Shown: positions 44,975 through 55,625 of the stretch, in pieces | Position numbering within the stretch: position 1 is the first letter of the stretch | Layout: every line of letters begins with the position of its first letter | IMG/VR virus record: IMGVR_UViG_3300030103_005357 | Coordinates: 41,624 to 105,623 of that record | Length of the DNA stretch: 64,000 bases | Strand: one strand, 5' to 3' | Source of the DNA: a virus | Notes under the pieces: generated by a model | Databases searched by the model: none | Told to the model about the DNA's origin: nothing | What the model saw: only the letters and a program-made list of their open reading frames with translations | Program-made: the position numbers and the translations under genes

Positions 44975-45980
44975 ATGTAAAGAGTGTGGCCAGACGTTCG
45001 ATACGCAACGTGGTCTACATATGCACATCAAGAAGCACGATATGCTTCTTGGTGATTACTATGTCAAACACTATCCACGTTTCGACAGGCTGACCGAAAA
45101 ACCTATCGAATTCAAAAACGCCAAGCAGTACTTCTCTACAGATTTCAACACAACCAAGAACATGAACCTCTGGTTTGAGAAAGCGCCCAAAGATGAGGTA
45201 AAAAAATATATTTTGGAGAAGTTCAAAAAAAGAATAGAAAACAAGAACCTCAAACAAGCTCCATCGAGCCTATATCTGAAGACGGGCGACTGGCCTACGT
45301 TGGACATCATAAAAAAGCTGTTCGGCGGTTACAACGCATTCTGTGAGCAAATAGGGGTGAGTCCTGCGTACGGAAAGAATGTATGTAAAGAGTTTTTTGA
45401 AGATTATAGCAATGAAGAGGTCTGGATCGATACAAGAGAGAATAAACCTCTAAACTTTAAAAATTCTTATGTTTTTAAACTAGACTTCGGTGATTACACT
45501 CTGCCCCCGAAAAACTATACCCATACTCATGCAGAAAGAAAGTCGTTCCAAGATTTTGCTGCCACTGTAACAAATGGTTATGCTAGGTTTGTTAGAGAGA
45601 TAGAAAGATGCCAAAGTTTGGGGTGTTTCTTATTTATCGTTGTTGAGGCAGATTATAATCAAATTTATAAAACAAATAGTGCTGCTTACAAAAAATTCAA
45701 TATGGGATTTGTGTTTAGCAGAATGAGGTCTATCGAAGCGCAATTTAGTGACTGTTGTCAATTTGTGTTTAGTGGATCTAGAGAAGGCAGTGAGGAGTTA
45801 ATACCCAAGATCCTCTGCTGTGGTAAGAAGCTGTGGAATGTTGACTTACAATATTTTTGGGAAAAAGAATTAGAAAAAAATGGCTTGGATAGAAGGCAAT
45901 CAAGACCTATACAAGAAGTTCAAAGAAGTAAACCAAGAGATACTTTCCAAAGAAGGATACATCGAAGAAGGAGAGGCTAA
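44964..45980 (+). CDS. C2H2 zinc finger plus ERCC4/XPF-type nuclease
   Basis: CKEC...LHMHIKKH; IDTRE, LDFGDY, ERKSFQDF. Confidence 0.8.
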   Translation: MQFECKECGQTFDTQRGLHMHIKKHDMLLGDYYVKHYPRFDRLTEKPIEFKNAKQYFSTDFNTTKNMNLWFEKAPKDEVKKYILEKFKKRIENKNLKQAPSSLYLKTGDWPTLDIIKKLFGGYNAFCEQIGVSPAYGKNVCKEFFEDYSNEEVWIDTRENKPLNFKNSYVFKLDFGDYTLPPKNYTHTHAERKSFQDFAATVTNGYARFVREIERCQSLGCFLFIVVEADYNQIYKTNSAAYKKFNMGFVFSRMRSIEAQFSDCCQFVFSGSREGSEELIPKILCCGKKLWNVDLQYFWEKELEKNGLDRRQSRPIQEVQRSKPRDTFQRRIHRRRRG

Positions 45981-47745
45981 GCTTCTACTTTATAAGTTTT
46001 TAAGAGATAATCCATCTTTTGCTTGTGAGTTATTCACAGGTGTAAAGCTATTTCCGTTTCAGCATATGGCTATTAAGTCTATGATGGAGACGGATTACTT
46101 TTTGGGAATATGGAGTCGTGGTATGAGTAAATCATTCTCCACTGCTGTGTTTGCAATTCTAGACGCTATCATGAATCAAGGCGTGCAGATAGGAATCATA
46201 TCTAAATCATTCCGTCAGTCCAAGATGATCTTTAAGAAGATTGAGGATATCGCTAGAAGCCCGAAAGCTGAGTTTTTATCTCAATGCATAACTAGGACAT
46301 CAAAAATGAATGATGAATGGGTTATGGAGATAGGTTCTAGTAGTATCAGAGCCTTGCCTCTAGGCGATGGCGAAAAGCTTCGTGGTTTCCGCTTCCAACG
46401 TATGATTATCGACGAGCTTCTTCTTATGCCTGAGAAGATCTTCAATGAGGTCATTATGCCATTCCTTTCTGTTGTTGAGAACCCTACCGAACGTCAAGAG
46501 ATCTATGATCTAGAAACTCAAATGATTGCGGAGGGTGAAATGACCGAAGAGCAAAGAAAACGATGGCCAAATAACAAAATCATTGGTTTATCCTCTGCAT
46601 CGTATAAATTTGAATATTTATTTAAGCTTTATCAACAATATGAATCTCTAATCATCAATGAGAATAAACAAGATGGCGCTCATAGGGTAATCATGCATTT
46701 TAGTTATGATTGTGCGCCTCCACAGCTGTATGATCAAAATTTGATTAACCAATCTAAATCGACAATGAGTCAGTCTCAGTTTGACCGAGAATTTGGAGCT
46801 GTATTCACAGATGATAGTTCTGGATATTTCAAAGTAAGTAAAATGGCTTCATGTACTCTACCTGATGGTGAAGGGCAATGTGTAGAGGTAATTGGTGATC
46901 CCGCCTCTAAATATATCCTCGCATTTGACCCTTCTTGGTCCGAGAGTGAAAGCTCAGACGATTTCGCTATACTTTTGATAAAGATCCACCCAGAGACAAG
47001 AAAAGGCGTTGTAGTGCATAGCTACGCTGTTTCTGGCTCAAACCTACAAACACACATTAGATACATGGCTTATGTGTTGACCCACTTCAATATTGAAATG
47101 GTGGTTGGCGATTACAATGGTGGTGTTCAATTTTTAAGCGCGTGTAAGGAAAGTGGTATATTTAAAAAATTAAATTTAAAAATAGATACTGTAGAAGCTG
47201 ATTTAGATAACCCTAAAGATTATGCCAAAGGTATTAGGAAGCTTAAGACCCAAATAGACAAATCATCAAGAAAATTTGTGTTTTTAAGAAAGCCTAGCTC
47301 TACATGGATTCGTTTCGCTAACGAAAGTTTACAATCAGCATTCGACCATAAAAGATTATACTTTGCTGGGTCTGCTATGGATGACAACTACAATATGCAG
47401 CGCAAAGCTAATATCCCTATTGAAAATTTGAAGTTCTTGAGGAATCAAGATTCGGAAGAGAAAAACAAAGGAGCTAAGATGATTGACTTTGTTGAGCATC
47501 AAAGAGATATGATGGATCTTATAAAAGTGCAGTGCGCTTTAGTACAAGTTACCACTTCGCCACAAGGAACACAAAGTTTTGATCTACCCCCTAACCTTCG
47601 TAAGCAGAGAGGCGCTGACAAAGCTCGAAAAGACTCCTACTCAGCTTTAGTTCTAGGTAACTGGGGTATGAATGTATATTTTGACATGTTGGATAATCAA
47701 GACTCCGATATTACAGAAACATTTACCCCAATGTTTATTTCTTAA
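45880..47745 (+). CDS. terL: Terminase large subunit
   Basis: LFPFQ, SRGMSKS, LRGFR..IIDE, FDREF, LAFDPS, KDSYSA. Confidence 0.88.
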   Translation: MAWIEGNQDLYKKFKEVNQEILSKEGYIEEGEAKLLLYKFLRDNPSFACELFTGVKLFPFQHMAIKSMMETDYFLGIWSRGMSKSFSTAVFAILDAIMNQGVQIGIISKSFRQSKMIFKKIEDIARSPKAEFLSQCITRTSKMNDEWVMEIGSSSIRALPLGDGEKLRGFRFQRMIIDELLLMPEKIFNEVIMPFLSVVENPTERQEIYDLETQMIAEGEMTEEQRKRWPNNKIIGLSSASYKFEYLFKLYQQYESLIINENKQDGAHRVIMHFSYDCAPPQLYDQNLINQSKSTMSQSQFDREFGAVFTDDSSGYFKVSKMASCTLPDGEGQCVEVIGDPASKYILAFDPSWSESESSDDFAILLIKIHPETRKGVVVHSYAVSGSNLQTHIRYMAYVLTHFNIEMVVGDYNGGVQFLSACKESGIFKKLNLKIDTVEADLDNPKDYAKGIRKLKTQIDKSSRKFVFLRKPSSTWIRFANESLQSAFDHKRLYFAGSAMDDNYNMQRKANIPIENLKFLRNQDSEEKNKGAKMIDFVEHQRDMMDLIKVQCALVQVTTSPQGTQSFDLPPNLRKQRGADKARKDSYSALVLGNWGMNVYFDMLDNQDSDITETFTPMFIS

Positions 47746-47790
47746 CTTTTAAAAGTTAGAAAGTTACTTTTTGTGTAATATAATATTGTA

Positions 47791-49767
47791 ATGGCTAGGA
47801 AGTATACAAAAAAATCAGACTATTGGAAAAAGTTCAATAAAAACAACAACTTGGAAGATTTAGCTATGAGCCAAGCTTCTGAAGAAGCATATACCCCAGA
47901 ATTACTGGGCGAATCATTTTATACATCAGATGCTTCGTATAAGAGTGTGTCTACAGCTAGAACTAACAGGGCTAGCTCTTCAAGCGCTACAAGGGTCAAT
48001 CGCTCAGCAGTAAGTAACACTATCGATAGATTCTCTAGCATACGAAAGGGTATGTTGCCCTACCAGTATGCTGGTGATGGCGTAAACGTTCGTGAAGGAA
48101 TCGAGCTATGCCAAAAAGCTTACGCCAACGTTGCTGTATTCAGAAACGCTGTGGACGTTATGTCTGAGTTCGCGAATACTGAAATCTACTTAGAGGGAGG
48201 CACAAAGAAGAGTCGTGAGTTTTTTCATCATTTCTTCAGGCGCATCAACCTTCAAAACTTAAAAGATCAATACTTCCGTGAGTATTATCGTAGTGGTAAT
48301 ATTTTTGTCTATAGATTTGATGGTGAATTTAACGTGGAGGATTATGCTAGACTTATGAATCAAGTTGGAGCTATCAACCCTTCAGCTAATAAGATTCCAG
48401 TCAAATATGTGCTACTAAACCCTTTCGATATTGTATCTAAGAGGGCTACCACATTTAATGTTGGGGCGTATGAAAAAGTCTTATCTGAATATGAGCTTTC
48501 CCGCTTACAGAACCCATCTACAGAAGAAGATCAGTTAATTTATGATTCTTTAGACCCTGAGATGAAGAAGCTTATCAAGGATGGTTCATACTACACAGAT
48601 GGAATCAAAATTGAATTAGATCCCAAACGACTTAGCTTTTCTTTCTATAAGAAACAAGATTATGAGCCATTTGCAATACCATTTGGATATCCAGTATTAG
48701 AAGATATCAATGCTAAGCTTGAGCTTAAAAAAATGGATCAAGCAATTACCCGAACTGTCGAGAATGTTATTCTTCTTATCACTATGGGCGCTGAGCCTGA
48801 GAAAGGTGGAGTGAACGCCAATAACATTAACGCAATGCAACACCTCTTTAAGAATGAGAGTGTCGGTCGGGTTCTGATATCAGATTATACTACTAAAGCT
48901 GATTTTGTTATTCCAGATCTGAATAAAGTTCTTGGACCTGCAAAGTATCAGATTCTGAATGATGATATCAAGCAAGGTCTGCAAAACATTGTCGTTGGAG
49001 ATGAGAAATATAATTCAACACAAGTTAAAGCCCAAATCTTTATTGACCGCCTAAAAGAAGCTAGAAGTTGTTTCTTGAATGATTTTTTACAGAGAGAGAT
49101 TAAGCGGATCGCTAATAGCCTTGGATTCAAGTCATATCCGACTGCTACAATGAAGGATATCGACATGCGTGATGAGACTCAGCTTATGCGTGTTTCTACC
49201 CGCCTTATGGAGCTTGGTATTCTTACCCCTCAACAAGGAATGGAGATGTTCCATAATGGCAAGTTCCCAAATGCGGAAGATATCGCACCAGCACAAACAA
49301 CCTTTATCGAACAAAGAAAAGAAGGTTTTTACAATCCTATTGTTGGCGGTGTGCCAATGATTGAGGATGAAGAGCCTGATAAAGCTAAAACCCCTGAAGC
49401 TGCTGGTAGGCCACATGGCACTACCACAGTAGATGAGCAAAAACTGTCTAACGCAGAATATTCTAGAACAAACATTCAATCTACTATTTATGCCGTAGAA
49501 GCCTTTAATTCTATAGCTAGGGAGAGGGCAGAGGAGAAGTTTGGTGGAGAGTTAAATGAACAACAAGAAGAGATGGTCACCAAGCTTTGTGAGTCGATTA
49601 TTTGCGCTTCTGAGCGTGAACAGTGGAATCAGACCCTTGAAGCTTGTATTGATAATTTCGAACTTATCGAAGAATTAAATGTAATGAACGACGTTTTGAG
49701 TGTAGCTAATAAGCATAACTTAGAAATTTACCCATCAGCAATTTTATATCACAGTCATGAAAATTAA
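47791..49767 (+). CDS. Portal protein
   Basis: 658 aa directly after TerL; FREYYRSGN, YKKQDYEPFAIP. Confidence 0.75.
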   Translation: MARKYTKKSDYWKKFNKNNNLEDLAMSQASEEAYTPELLGESFYTSDASYKSVSTARTNRASSSSATRVNRSAVSNTIDRFSSIRKGMLPYQYAGDGVNVREGIELCQKAYANVAVFRNAVDVMSEFANTEIYLEGGTKKSREFFHHFFRRINLQNLKDQYFREYYRSGNIFVYRFDGEFNVEDYARLMNQVGAINPSANKIPVKYVLLNPFDIVSKRATTFNVGAYEKVLSEYELSRLQNPSTEEDQLIYDSLDPEMKKLIKDGSYYTDGIKIELDPKRLSFSFYKKQDYEPFAIPFGYPVLEDINAKLELKKMDQAITRTVENVILLITMGAEPEKGGVNANNINAMQHLFKNESVGRVLISDYTTKADFVIPDLNKVLGPAKYQILNDDIKQGLQNIVVGDEKYNSTQVKAQIFIDRLKEARSCFLNDFLQREIKRIANSLGFKSYPTATMKDIDMRDETQLMRVSTRLMELGILTPQQGMEMFHNGKFPNAEDIAPAQTTFIEQRKEGFYNPIVGGVPMIEDEEPDKAKTPEAAGRPHGTTTVDEQKLSNAEYSRTNIQSTIYAVEAFNSIARERAEEKFGGELNEQQEEMVTKLCESIICASEREQWNQTLEACIDNFELIEELNVMNDVLSVANKHNLEIYPSAILYHSHEN

Positions 49768-50197
49768 TCCAGAAGACATTGAAGTACCCCTTGAGAAAAC
49801 TGTTAGTTTCAATAATGGGGAAGCAGAAGTATCCATTGCTAGAAAGTATAACGGATCAGAAGCAGCTTTATACAAATCATACATGCACGTTTGTGCTATG
49901 GATGATAAAATGCTCACAGATACCACTGAAATGGGAGAGAAAGAGACTCACAGCGCTTGTGCCGTTATGTATAGTAAAATGCGAGCTATGATGATAGATG
50001 ATAGCAAAGGAGAACTTACTGACAAGCAAAAGAAGCTTCCACCCGCGCTACAAAAAGCCATCCTCGATAAGATGAAGAAGGATGGAAAGATTAGCAAAGA
50101 AGACTCTGAAGCTGCTGAAAAGAAACTTTTATCAAAAGATGATGAAAAGGAGCCTGATCCAAAAGGTGAAAAACTGGAGGTTAAGGAGAAAAAGTAA
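49757..50197 (+). CDS. Hypothetical protein
   Basis: LTDKQKKLPPALQKAI motif. Confidence 0.6.
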   Translation: MKINPEDIEVPLEKTVSFNNGEAEVSIARKYNGSEAALYKSYMHVCAMDDKMLTDTTEMGEKETHSACAVMYSKMRAMMIDDSKGELTDKQKKLPPALQKAILDKMKKDGKISKEDSEAAEKKLLSKDDEKEPDPKGEKLEVKEKK

Positions 50198-50198
50198 A

Positions 50199-51659
50199 AT
50201 GCCTTATAAGTATACAACTACTTTTGAATCTGAAATTTTCGCTCATCAAATAGATGATGAGTTTGTATCTAAGGCTTCGCTAAATGAATTAGCTTCTCTA
50301 GTCCCTAAAAACATTGACTTTGAGAAGAATGTAGACCTACTAGGTGTATCATTTAACGCTGCTGTTGTTAATGTGTTTAATAGGAACGGTGACGGTATTG
50401 ATACTGCCACCGCTTTAAAGTATAACGATCAATTTATACATAAGCCCACTAATATAGAGCATAATAAAGATAAGATTGTAGGGCATATTGTTACTGCTGG
50501 TTTCAGTGACTACGGCTCTAATAAAATTTTATCTAATGAAGAATTAGAAAACAAAAAAGATCCGTTTAATATAGCATTGGGTGCTGTTGTCTATAGATCC
50601 GCAAACAAGCAGTTTGCTCGACTTCTAGAAAAATCAACTGACCCCGAAGACGAATCTTATTATAAAAAAATATCTGCAAGTTGGGAAGTTGGTTTCTCTA
50701 ATTATGTTTTGGCTGTAGGAAGCGATAAGCTTAACGAAGCTGAAATAGTATCAGACCCTAACAAGATTAAAGAAATGAACGGTTTCTTAAAAGCTTATGG
50801 CGGTTCTGGTAAAACTGATAAGGGTGAACCAATCTATAGATTGATTACTGGAAAGATATATCCATTGGGTATTGGTTTCACTTCTAATCCAGCCGCAGAT
50901 GTAAAAGGTATCTATAAAAACCAAGAAGATAGTGATCAAGATAAATTTTCACAAAAAGATAAAAAAACTGTAACAAAAGAAAATAACATAGCTATGGAAA
51001 ACATTGTTAACGAACTAAAGGATCTTCTTATCGAGAAAAAAATCGGTGAGGAGACTGTAGCTTCCATGACTCAGACTTTTTCAGAGGCGATTCGCGAAAA
51101 GAACGAAGAGTTTTTGAAGGAAAAAGAGGCTCTTACGAGCGAAAAGGAAGCCGTCAAAAAGGAATACGAAGATCTTAAAGCTTCTGTTTCTGAGCTTGAA
51201 ACCAAGCTCTCTGAAGCAAATGATCGGATTAACGTTTTTGAAAATGAGAAAAAGGCTGAAGAAGCTGTCGCTCGTTTCAATGTGCGTATGGACGAACTTG
51301 ATTCCAAGTTTGAACTCTCCGATGAAGATCGTCAGTTCCTTGCTGAAGAAGTGAAGTCTCTTGACGAGGCTGAAGAAGCGTTTGCTTCTTACTCTGATAA
51401 GCTTGAAGTGCTTTGGAAGCATAAGAGCAAAGCTAATAAAGAAGCTTTCGAGGCTGAAATTCAGGCTCGCATTGATGAGGAAGTTGCTAAGCGTGTTGCT
51501 AATGCTTCGGAAGAAGTTGATGTTGAGCAAGCTCTCGACAACGCGCAACAAGTTGACGCTGACATTTCAAACAATAACGAGGCTGTCGCTTCTCAAGAAG
51601 AGAACCTCGTTGACAAATTTAAAAAAGCGTTCTCTCGCGAGAACATCGAAATTTCTTAA
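50199..51659 (+). CDS. Prohead protease-scaffold fusion
   Basis: NRNGD, NIEH, SASWEV, NPAADV followed by long acidic coiled coil; start adjusted. Confidence 0.75.
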   Translation: MPYKYTTTFESEIFAHQIDDEFVSKASLNELASLVPKNIDFEKNVDLLGVSFNAAVVNVFNRNGDGIDTATALKYNDQFIHKPTNIEHNKDKIVGHIVTAGFSDYGSNKILSNEELENKKDPFNIALGAVVYRSANKQFARLLEKSTDPEDESYYKKISASWEVGFSNYVLAVGSDKLNEAEIVSDPNKIKEMNGFLKAYGGSGKTDKGEPIYRLITGKIYPLGIGFTSNPAADVKGIYKNQEDSDQDKFSQKDKKTVTKENNIAMENIVNELKDLLIEKKIGEETVASMTQTFSEAIREKNEEFLKEKEALTSEKEAVKKEYEDLKASVSELETKLSEANDRINVFENEKKAEEAVARFNVRMDELDSKFELSDEDRQFLAEEVKSLDEAEEAFASYSDKLEVLWKHKSKANKEAFEAEIQARIDEEVAKRVANASEEVDVEQALDNAQQVDADISNNNEAVASQEENLVDKFKKAFSRENIEIS

Positions 51660-51679
51660 CTTAAACTAAAAATAATATT

Positions 51680-52303
51680 ATGGGACTAAAAATTCTTCCT
51701 TTTAGACAATATGACGACCACGATGTCGTTAATCTCTATCGAGTTGCTGATGGCATGGTACTCGATAGCACAACTGGAGCTGGTTCTGGCGATGCTGGAA
51801 CTTTCGTGAAGGTTTCTGCTGGTGACTTCTCTGCTGATCCTGTCGCTTATAGCGCAGACAGCTATCTTGGTAAAACTGATTATCCTTTTGTTGGACGTAA
51901 TCAGTATCCAAAAGTAAGTCTTGAAGTTGAGCCAGTTGGAACTGGTGACTCATCCCTCTTGGGTATCACTCTTCTCCAGACTGCCAAGAACGACGAGAAC
52001 GGAGAGAAACTTCTCTACAATCCTCAAAAAGCTGCTGAACTTCAGGCTGCTCTACCCGGACAGGCTGTTCCTATTGCCACTAAAGGCATCTTCACTATTT
52101 CTGCTTCCGCTTTCCAAGGCGCTCTTGGTGGCAATACTACTATCGGAAATGGAATTAAACCTGCTGCTGGTGGAACCGTAACTGGTTGTGCTACTACTGA
52201 TAGCGCATGTTTTGGAACCATTATTGGAACTGGTAGCCGCACCTCTCAAAACGGCGTTACCGATCAGTTTGCTGGTGAGTATCTTGTCTTTAAATTCAAC
52301 TAA
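51680..52303 (+). CDS. Head decoration/cement protein
   Basis: Gly/Ala-rich, between scaffold and capsid genes. Confidence 0.6.
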   Translation: MGLKILPFRQYDDHDVVNLYRVADGMVLDSTTGAGSGDAGTFVKVSAGDFSADPVAYSADSYLGKTDYPFVGRNQYPKVSLEVEPVGTGDSSLLGITLLQTAKNDENGEKLLYNPQKAAELQAALPGQAVPIATKGIFTISASAFQGALGGNTTIGNGIKPAAGGTVTGCATTDSACFGTIIGTGSRTSQNGVTDQFAGEYLVFKFN

Positions 52304-52322
52304 TATAGAAAGAATCTAAAAA

Positions 52323-53444
52323 ATGAAAATCACTTTAAAAAGAACTCCAGAACAAATTGAGTTGGTTAAAGCTATGGCTTCTCGTAACCGCACTGTCGCT
52401 TACGAAGCTCAAGTAGCTCTTGCTGAGTTTATTGGACCTGTGCTTGCAGAGGTTATCAATCAAGCTCCTACGCTTTCCAGCCTTTTCACTACTCTTCAGT
52501 TTAACGCTGATGACAATCCTTCGATCCCTCTTGATCTCTATCATGATGTCAACGACGAGGATTACATCAAGGTTTACAGCCAGTCTCATGCTGGTGGTCT
52601 TCCTACCAATCAGGTGCTTCCTACTGCATCTGAGATGAAAATCGCTACCTACAGTCTTGATACTGCTGTTAGCTTTGATCGTCGTTATGCTGCTAAGTCT
52701 CGTATGGATGTTGTGTCTAAGACCTTCACCCGTGCCGCTCAGGAAATCCTTGCTAAGCAGGAGACTACCTCCGCTAGCTTGGTTATGGGAGCGCTTTCTG
52801 AGGCTTCAACCAACAGCGTTGATCACGTTTTTGAAAACGGTCACGGCGGCTTGAACTTCGTCCTTGACGATATCAACAAGCTTATGACTCGCGCTAAGCG
52901 TATTCAGGCTTCTTTCCTTGGTGGATCACCTGCTGGTGGAACCGCTAAAGGAATTACTGACCTTATCGTTTCTCCAGAAGTTGTTGAAAAGCTTCGTGCT
53001 ATGGCTTACAATCCAATCAATACTGCTGCTGCTCCTCTTGGGTCAGCTGTTAAGACCAGTATTGCTGCTCCTGATGAGCTTCGCATGAGCGTTTACAACA
53101 ACGCTGGCCTTCCTGAGTTCTACGGCATTTCCATCATGGAGATCCTTGAGCTTGGAGCAGGTAAGAGGTTCACTAACGTGTTTGATGCTGCTCAGGCATC
53201 TGGCGCTTCTACTGGAGCTGCGTTGTTCACTACTAACGACGATCTCGTTGTTGGTATCGACCGCTCCCGTGAGTCCCTTATCCGCGCTGTTGCTGTTGAT
53301 GAAGATTCTGGTGGTGAGTTTAACCTCATCGCTGATGATCAGTACAGCATTCGCCAACAGAAGATTGGATACTTCGGATCGCTTGAAGAGGGCCGTATGG
53401 TTCTTGACAATCGCGCTCTTGTCGGATGTATCGTTTCTGCTTAA
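52323..53444 (+). CDS. Major capsid protein
   Basis: 373 aa, strongly biased codon usage, position, followed by strong terminator. Confidence 0.8.
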   Translation: MKITLKRTPEQIELVKAMASRNRTVAYEAQVALAEFIGPVLAEVINQAPTLSSLFTTLQFNADDNPSIPLDLYHDVNDEDYIKVYSQSHAGGLPTNQVLPTASEMKIATYSLDTAVSFDRRYAAKSRMDVVSKTFTRAAQEILAKQETTSASLVMGALSEASTNSVDHVFENGHGGLNFVLDDINKLMTRAKRIQASFLGGSPAGGTAKGITDLIVSPEVVEKLRAMAYNPINTAAAPLGSAVKTSIAAPDELRMSVYNNAGLPEFYGISIMEILELGAGKRFTNVFDAAQASGASTGAALFTTNDDLVVGIDRSRESLIRAVAVDEDSGGEFNLIADDQYSIRQQKIGYFGSLEEGRMVLDNRALVGCIVSA

Positions 53445-53461
53445 TAGCAAATTCTAGATTA

Positions 53462-53494
53462 AGAGTCGCTCCTTCGGGGGCGGCTCTTTTTTTT
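53462..53494 (+). terminator. Intrinsic terminator after capsid gene
   Basis: AGAGTCGCTCC-TTCG-GGGGCGGCTCT followed by T-run. Confidence 0.85.
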
Positions 53495-53527
53495 GTTTAT
53501 TTTTCTATATATTGTGTATAATAATGT

Positions 53528-53884
53528 ATGGACAATTTTGAGAACGTATCATTCGGTAATGGCCAGAACAATTATTTTGGCGCAGAAACCACAGCTGAGC
53601 TTACTGAGAAGCTTGGTTCTTACGGGAAATCAGAACTTAGAGGTTTAGCTTCTAAGGTCGGACTGAATCCAAATCACGCAACTAGAACTTTAAAGGATAT
53701 GATCATTAAAGAGTTTAGATCTTACAAAGCTAAAAACTCACCTATCCCCGCTCCAAAGCCGATGTTTTCTGAAGCTTCTGAAGAGATTCAAGATATGATT
53801 AAGTCCGTTGGCAAAGTTAATGCTGACGAAAAAGTCAAAAAGAAATGGTCTAAAAATAAGAACTCCAAGAAAAAAGATAATTAA
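53528..53884 (+). CDS. Hypothetical protein
   Basis: 118 aa; GTGTAT-N8-ATG. Confidence 0.6.
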   Translation: MDNFENVSFGNGQNNYFGAETTAELTEKLGSYGKSELRGLASKVGLNPNHATRTLKDMIIKEFRSYKAKNSPIPAPKPMFSEASEEIQDMIKSVGKVNADEKVKKKWSKNKNSKKKDN

Positions 53885-53900
53885 TAGTGTAATATAAGGC

Positions 53901-54368
53901 ATGAGTGTAATTAGCGATTTAGCCTCTGGCATCTTTACAGACGAATTTGATAGCGATACAGGTATTGCTACATCAAGTTCTATTCAAGCTTGGTTAGAAA
54001 ATAACTTGGGTGAACTAAATAATTTGATCTATAAAGATTTTAGTGGTGCGAGCGCTGATCTAGACACTGAGGCTCAGTCTATCCATAAGGAGCTTTATTT
54101 ACATAGTTATTATAGAAAGCAGTCTAGGAATGCGTTAAGGGGAATATCTTCTTCAACAAGCGATAACAAGATACTATCTTTAAAGGACGGAGAATCGTCT
54201 GTGACGTTCGTTAACCGTAATGAGGTGTCTAAGGTCTACAGAGGGCTTGCAAACGATTCTAAGGGTAAACTAGACGATTTGGTGGCGCGTTACAACATTT
54301 ATGAGGCCAAGCCTCAACAGGTGGGTGGTATTGAGGGGGAGATTTTTACTGGAAGTGTCGATACTTAA
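53901..54368 (+). CDS. Probable head-tail adaptor
   Basis: Position and size; GTGTAA-N8-ATG. Confidence 0.5.
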   Translation: MSVISDLASGIFTDEFDSDTGIATSSSIQAWLENNLGELNNLIYKDFSGASADLDTEAQSIHKELYLHSYYRKQSRNALRGISSSTSDNKILSLKDGESSVTFVNRNEVSKVYRGLANDSKGKLDDLVARYNIYEAKPQQVGGIEGEIFTGSVDT

Positions 54369-54389
54369 TATAAAATAAACATTATAAAT

Positions 54390-54422
54390 AAAAAAAAGGG
54401 CGGTATTTCTACCGCCCTTTTT
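54390..54422. terminator. Bidirectional terminator
   Basis: A8-GGGCGGTA-TTTC-TACCGCCC-T5 between convergent genes. Confidence 0.85.
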
Positions 54423-54441
54423 ATTTGAGGTTTTAGGGTTT

Positions 54442-55578
54442 TTAAGAGCCAGTGAATGGAATTGCTCCAATCTTACTAGCCGTAAGGAATACTCCATTAG
54501 TTGTATCGTTGTTTCCTCCAATTTGAGTGGAGAAGGTCAAATCGACACTCTTGTTAGATCCAATGCTGGAAGAGAAGCTTTCGCTGTCTATTTTGCACCC
54601 TTTGAGTTCATACTTCAATGCATCTTCACTCGCGGTATTTTTCAAAAGGAGAGATACATCAAACTCTTCAGTATTATCCATGAGTTCCGAAAGGTTACGA
54701 GCGTTGACTTCATTCAGAATAGCGTTTACGCTTAATGTTGCGTTAACTGGGAAATCAACAGTTCTAGCATAAGCGAAACGAGTTCCAAGTCTTTGAATTG
54801 GCGAGCGGCCAAGTGGGAGACTCAAAGAAGCGCTTTGAATGTGGATGGACTCATCTACATCAGCCCCGCTAATATTCGAAATCGCTAAGCCGTTTATAGC
54901 GGAAATGTCAACTGCAATGTCCCCGGGTCGAAGAGCTGAAATAAGATCAGATTCTCCAGAGGGGTTAGCTATTGGTAATTGAGCAGTACCAGCGATCGTA
55001 GAGCCGTCAGTGATGTCTACAGAGGGTAAGGCAATACCACTAATTGGAGAGCCAACTCCGCTAACAGTCGCGGAACCTCCTTCGCCGACACTTGAATTAA
55101 TATTAGAGCATTCCATAGAGACAGAAACAGTAGGTAAGCTACCAACTGAAAGATCTAAGGTGTAATCAGTAAGGAATGCATTACCCAAACCAATAACAGA
55201 ATTTATATCATCTCCCTTTGTATTAACTGCATCTGAGCCGTCAGCAACAGTGGTAATGTAGAAGTTCTTACCAGAGGTAGAAACTAAGTGTCCTGAAGCA
55301 AATTGAACTGCTGCTCCAGTGCCGAAACCTAAAGCTGCTTCATTGAAGCCGTCTGTTGGATAATAAGTGAAATCCAAACCAACAGTAGGAGCATCCATGA
55401 CAATGGAGTCGATGCGAGCGAGTTGCCCGAATTCGTTGACATCCTGCCTGTTGATTGTGAAGTTGTAGTTCGCGCTTTGAACTCGCGTAAGTTGTTCATG
55501 CCCATTTTGGCCAGTAGAACCTGCGTTCTCACTGACGTAAAGGGCTTCCGATTGATAAATTACTCTATTTCTGGCCAT
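54442..55578 (-). CDS. Major tail tube protein
   Basis: MARNRVIYQSEALY, RVQSANY, RQDVNEFG; Ser/Gly/Thr-rich; no sheath gene seen. Confidence 0.7.
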   Translation of the reverse strand: MARNRVIYQSEALYVSENAGSTGQNGHEQLTRVQSANYNFTINRQDVNEFGQLARIDSIVMDAPTVGLDFTYYPTDGFNEAALGFGTGAAVQFASGHLVSTSGKNFYITTVADGSDAVNTKGDDINSVIGLGNAFLTDYTLDLSVGSLPTVSVSMECSNINSSVGEGGSATVSGVGSPISGIALPSVDITDGSTIAGTAQLPIANPSGESDLISALRPGDIAVDISAINGLAISNISGADVDESIHIQSASLSLPLGRSPIQRLGTRFAYARTVDFPVNATLSVNAILNEVNARNLSELMDNTEEFDVSLLLKNTASEDALKYELKGCKIDSESFSSSIGSNKSVDLTFSTQIGGNNDTTNGVFLTASKIGAIPFTGS

Positions 55579-55625
55579 AATAAGTTATTTTTTAATGTTT
55601 ACAATATTTTTGATGTTTTATGAAA

